Made by a program: the position numbers and the translations under genes. Positions 60,157 to 64,000 of a stretch of DNA of 64,000 nucleotides are shown here, in pieces. Source of the stretch: Lingula anatina (taxonomy: Eukaryota; Animalia; Brachiopoda). Every line of letters begins with the position of its first letter. Within the stretch, counting starts at the first letter, position 1. The notes under the pieces are model-generated. The model was not told the origin of the DNA. It saw only the letters and a list, made by a program, of their open reading frames with translations, and made no database searches. The DNA is taken from positions 22,630,001 through 22,694,000 of the forward strand of contig CM120642.1 of NCBI GenBank assembly GCA_051362555.1, written 5' to 3'.

Positions 60157-62082
60157 TCAGTTCTTACAAAATAAATTCCTTTTCCCATATATCATTGATT
60201 TAAAAGCCTTTCTGTAACATGGATTGCAAAGGCAGTAAAGTATGGGGTTGAATGTAGAGTTCACATAATTGAGCCATACGAAAATGTTAAAAACATATTG
60301 GGGGATGCAGTGCTCACAGAAACTTTCTATAATCCAAAGTGCACTGTACGGCAGCCAACATAACATAATGAAGCCCATTATAATACCCAATGTTCTGGCG
60401 GCGCGAAATTGCTGGAGCAATCTCACTTTCTCAATACTTGAGCGTTCATCTCGTGAGCCGCGGTCACATTGAGCTCGAAGCCTTGCCAGATATGTATGAA
60501 TCTTATAATCAGACATATCTGGGCATGCTGCCTGCCTTAGCGGCTGCTCTCGATCATGAAATTTAGCATGGGAAACGTTTCCGCATTCGTTACTTAGTGC
60601 TTTTATGCCTTTTTGTGCGCGAAACTCATTTTCTGAAACAGTCGGGAATTTAAAAGAAATTTCCTTTAAATCATCTAGTTTCGGGGTAATGGTGGACGAT
60701 TCCGTTGAGAAGGACCTCTGAGACATGTGTCTCCTTGTATTTTCAAAAATGCTTGGAGACGACGGAAGATCCACCGATGGCATGTCAATATTCTCCTGGC
60801 CCTCTCTGTCACTACTGCTCAGGTGAAGAGGAGGGCAGTAACCCTGAAAACTCCAGCCACGAAAGTCAGGCGCAGCGACTCCATTACAATTTGTAAAACT
60901 AATTTCATTTGTCGTGGTTACATCCGAATGTTCGTCAAAAAGGTCGTTTTTCCTGGCCTCTGCACGTTCTTTTAACCGCCTTTCTCTCCACCCAAATTTC
61001 TGATGTTCAAGCTCACGTAGCTCGTCCTCACCATAGAGGTTTTCCTGACAATCACCATGTATGACCGCTGATTTATACAGCACTTTGATGCCACCTGAAC
61101 TGTCATTAGATCGGCTGAATTTTTTTGCTTTGCCTAGTGGACACTTTCGCAACACACAACGATTCATGTCCGCGGGTGCTTGAGAATTAATAGAGAATCT
61201 GTGACAGCTTGGAATACTTGTTATGCTAACAGCATCCTCACTGTCCATCCGTGCTAGGTCTCTATTAATTTGTCGCATGCTTTTTTGTATGGATACTGTA
61301 TGTCCCTTGAGAGCGTTAACAATTCTCACGAACAAAATTAACGTGGCCACGACAGGAGTATAGATAAGGAGGATTGCAAACAGTACAACAACAATATGAG
61401 GTTTCCATAATAAATGGCAATCTCCGTTGGCTAGTTTTCCGCCATTGAATAATTTTATAATTGTAAAAAATAAAGCCCACCCGATCACAGGAACAAGCCA
61501 CGCAATGCATATTAAGTGGCACGCTCTTCGTCTGGTCCTCGTGCATAAAGATCTCAGTGGTCTGGACACCGTCTGGCAACGGTCATAAGCTATAACACAT
61601 ATGTTTGTCAAAGACGCCGAACAGGTAAGAAAATCCAAGTAGTGCCACACATAACATAAGGACTCGCTGAATGGCCAATAATCCTGGTATATTACCGAGT
61701 ACACAAGCATTATGGTCATTGGGAAGGCACCCACCAGTAAGTCCGCGAAAGCCAGACTGGCAATGTACATATTACTTATAGACCGGAGCCTTTTTGCCGT
61801 TTTAATGGCAATCAAAGTAAAAAGGTTTCCTATGATGGTGAAAAGGATAACTAAAATCATGGCTGTGATTAAAAAATACCTTAACTCCGGGCTCAAGAAC
61901 ATGTGGAAATGTCCTTCTGGTGAATTCAACATTGCTTTGTTTTGCAGACTGTGTTCTTTGGTGAAATTTGTTTTACTGTGACCGCTGTCCTCAGTTACTA
62001 AATGACCTGATAACCCTCCTGCCAATTGTAAAGTAGTGGCACTAACATTCCTTCCAGGGCTCATCTCAGGATTTTCTAACAT
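60157..62082 (-). CDS. Class A GPCR of the biogenic-amine group (histamine H1/muscarinic-like), 641 aa, intronless CDS, very long ICL3
   Basis: Seven hydrophobic segments with GN (TM1), SLAFADLLVG (TM2), TM3 Asp (YLDFLTCSAS), DRC in place of DRY, CWLPY (TM6), WLNYVNSTFNPILY (TM7), and N-terminal glycosylation sequons NVS and NFT. Confidence 0.93.
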   Translation of the reverse strand: MLENPEMSPGRNVSATTLQLAGGLSGHLVTEDSGHSKTNFTKEHSLQNKAMLNSPEGHFHMFLSPELRYFLITAMILVILFTIIGNLFTLIAIKTAKRLRSISNMYIASLAFADLLVGAFPMTIMLVYSVIYQDYWPFSESLCYVWHYLDFLTCSASLTNICVIAYDRCQTVSRPLRSLCTRTRRRACHLICIAWLVPVIGWALFFTIIKLFNGGKLANGDCHLLWKPHIVVVLFAILLIYTPVVATLILFVRIVNALKGHTVSIQKSMRQINRDLARMDSEDAVSITSIPSCHRFSINSQAPADMNRCVLRKCPLGKAKKFSRSNDSSGGIKVLYKSAVIHGDCQENLYGEDELRELEHQKFGWRERRLKERAEARKNDLFDEHSDVTTTNEISFTNCNGVAAPDFRGWSFQGYCPPLHLSSSDREGQENIDMPSVDLPSSPSIFENTRRHMSQRSFSTESSTITPKLDDLKEISFKFPTVSENEFRAQKGIKALSNECGNVSHAKFHDREQPLRQAACPDMSDYKIHTYLARLRAQCDRGSRDERSSIEKVRLLQQFRAARTLGIIMGFIMLCWLPYSALWIIESFCEHCIPQYVFNIFVWLNYVNSTFNPILYCLCNPCYRKAFKSMIYGKRNLFCKN

Positions 62083-63256
62083 AATAGGATGCCTTCCTAG
62101 ATGCGTATAGCTATAAATGAATGTTCTGTTGGTCTGCGTTCTGTTTGCCGATTCATATCGAACATCTGATTAAAACACAAGAGCTCTCCCATTACTGATC
62201 TCTACAGATGGGTTTTGTCCTCTCGTGGCATTTTACCTGATACTGGTGCCGTCTCTACCACTATTCGTGACAGCCATTCGATTCCCTACCGCGTCGATAT
62301 AATGAAAAGTTATGAATAACGACACATAGCTTAAATGTCATTTCTAGGGAAACGTGTGCGAGAATAATTCTTTATAATGTAATTAAGCTTTAGATACCGA
62401 GTTCCAACAATTTTGCTGAAGAACGTGTCAATGAGTCAAGCACACTGCTTATACTGTTAAACCGCTGTCATTACGGGTGCGAGTGGAAACCTGTCAATAG
62501 TCGTCTGACGTCAACGCTTAGTGTCTTCAGTAGTAAATGTTCTCTTCTTTCCAGTGTGAGAATATACGGAAGTACAGCCCAAAAAAAGAAAGCATTTTGA
62601 ACTATTCCAAATCACGTTATTTCAATATAGAAATGATGGAAAAATTCGTAAATGCCTTTTCTCAAAGATACTCCCAGCGTTATGGTAGCACTGGTGTCTT
62701 CTCCTTACTCTCTATGTCGATAAATCAGCTGTGCGTCATCATTGAATAGCACTGAAACTTTCAGAGCGTGCTATCTGTTTTCTCCGGAGATCTTCCGATT
62801 TGACCTATTAAATCCACTGTCCTCGCGTACAGAGTAATGCAGAACTTTGAGCACACCACTTCCGGTGAAAGCAGTCGAAATAATGGAGATAGTATTATGA
62901 AGGACAAAGACATTTCCACTATATACTACAAAAGTAAGACCGCTTGCACTCAGATGTAAAAGGGGAAAAATCGAATTAACGAAAAATAAACAGAAAATCG
63001 AAAACGTTTGCAAATTTCAAGCACTACATCTACAGTATTTCCAACTGAAACGTCGTGTATGTGAAAATCTGTGATATCCTGGCCCTAGCTTACGTAAATA
63101 CCATACTCTGTGTGTGAATCGCAATCCTCGCATTTTTTACATGGGAACCTTAATCATAAAACAAAACCTCTTGTTCCTCATTTTACCTTCATGCTTTGTG
63201 TCTGTAGTTACTTTTTATTGTATACGATATAATACACTGTGCTGAACACTCATGCA

Positions 63257-63504
63257 CTGTGATGAACACTCATATAAGTTATATGAGTGTTCATCACAGA
63301 TCAGACCACACTACCAGTTTTCAAGGTGTGTATCAGATCGCATTACACAGTATCATACCCTGAACAAATTTTGAGTGGTGATGCAATGCTTTTCAACCCC
63401 GCTGAGAATCGTCACTATCACATCGCGTACTAGGCAAGAGCGGTGTCGCGTCTGATACTATGTAATGCGATCTGATACACACCTTGAAAGCGGGTAGTGT
63501 GGTC
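63257..63504. repeat. Perfect 43-bp palindrome plus adjacent 52-bp inverted repeat
   Basis: CTGTGATGAACACTCATATAA-G-TTATATGAGTGTTCATCACAG (63257-63299). Arms 63304-63355 and 63453-63504 match at 49/52. Confidence 0.85.
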
Positions 63505-63852
63505 CAATTTACCGGTGAATTCTGGATCATTCGGTGCCGAGTCTGGTAGTTGGATAGGCCTGCCTGTATAACCATACTAGATACATCATGTGAACAACAT
63601 TTTACACTACCGTGTACTAGTACAATGTATATTCGATGAGCTTGAGTCTTCAACGTGGGCGCAATACCAGCCACTGCCAGTCGGCTTCATTTCTAGATCA
63701 ATGTGTACATTATGTACGAAGAAAATATGTAGGCCAGAAAACCCAAACTTTTGCCGCCCGATTGTTTTACAATAATTCAAATAACAAACCCTGCATTTAG
63801 GACAATTCTGTTTTGAACTCGGTGTAAATTCCATTAATTCAACACAAACCAT

Positions 63853-63899
63853 AAACAAACAAACAAACAAACAAACAAACAAACAAACAAACAAACAAA
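63853..63899. repeat. (AAAC)n microsatellite
   Basis: Direct reading. Confidence 0.95.
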
Positions 63900-64000
63900 T
63901 AACCGGTAGTATTGTTAAAATTAATGGGTAAAAGTTTGCTTAAATATTCGTATAATGAAAGTGCACAAATGATAATGTATTTAAACCAGTATTGCTGTAG

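Noticed and set aside
60269-61981. Short antisense and alternate-frame ORFs within the GPCR
   Set aside because: Expected shadows of a long coding sequence.

Overview
AT-rich animal genomic DNA with spliceosomal introns, most likely lophotrochozoan (probably a mollusc, inferred from the repeat types). Four protein-coding genes were reconstructed by hand. (1) The last four exons of a BET/BRD4-like gene (+), ending in the P-TEFb-binding C-terminal motif. (2) A complete 6-exon SURF2 (-). (3) A complete AXDND1 with about 21 coding exons (+), head-to-head with SURF2 across a ~120-bp promoter carrying ZNF143-, ETS-, RFX- and YY1-like motifs. (4) An aminergic-type class A GPCR with an intronless CDS (-). 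About 18 kb of SURF2 intron is nested transposon stacks built from two non-autonomous Helentron (HINE/pearl-like) families plus hAT, Kolobok-like, MULE-like and unclassified MITEs. One young 7.5-kb HINE carries a higher-order array of ~32 146-bp monomers, most with a perfect AGGTCA-A-AGGTCA DR1 site. In the intergenic region, two diverged direct-repeat MITEs bracket 3.1 kb of cargo, and only the outer ends share an 8-bp duplication, resembling a composite transposon. All coordinates and counts are manual; no database searches were run.
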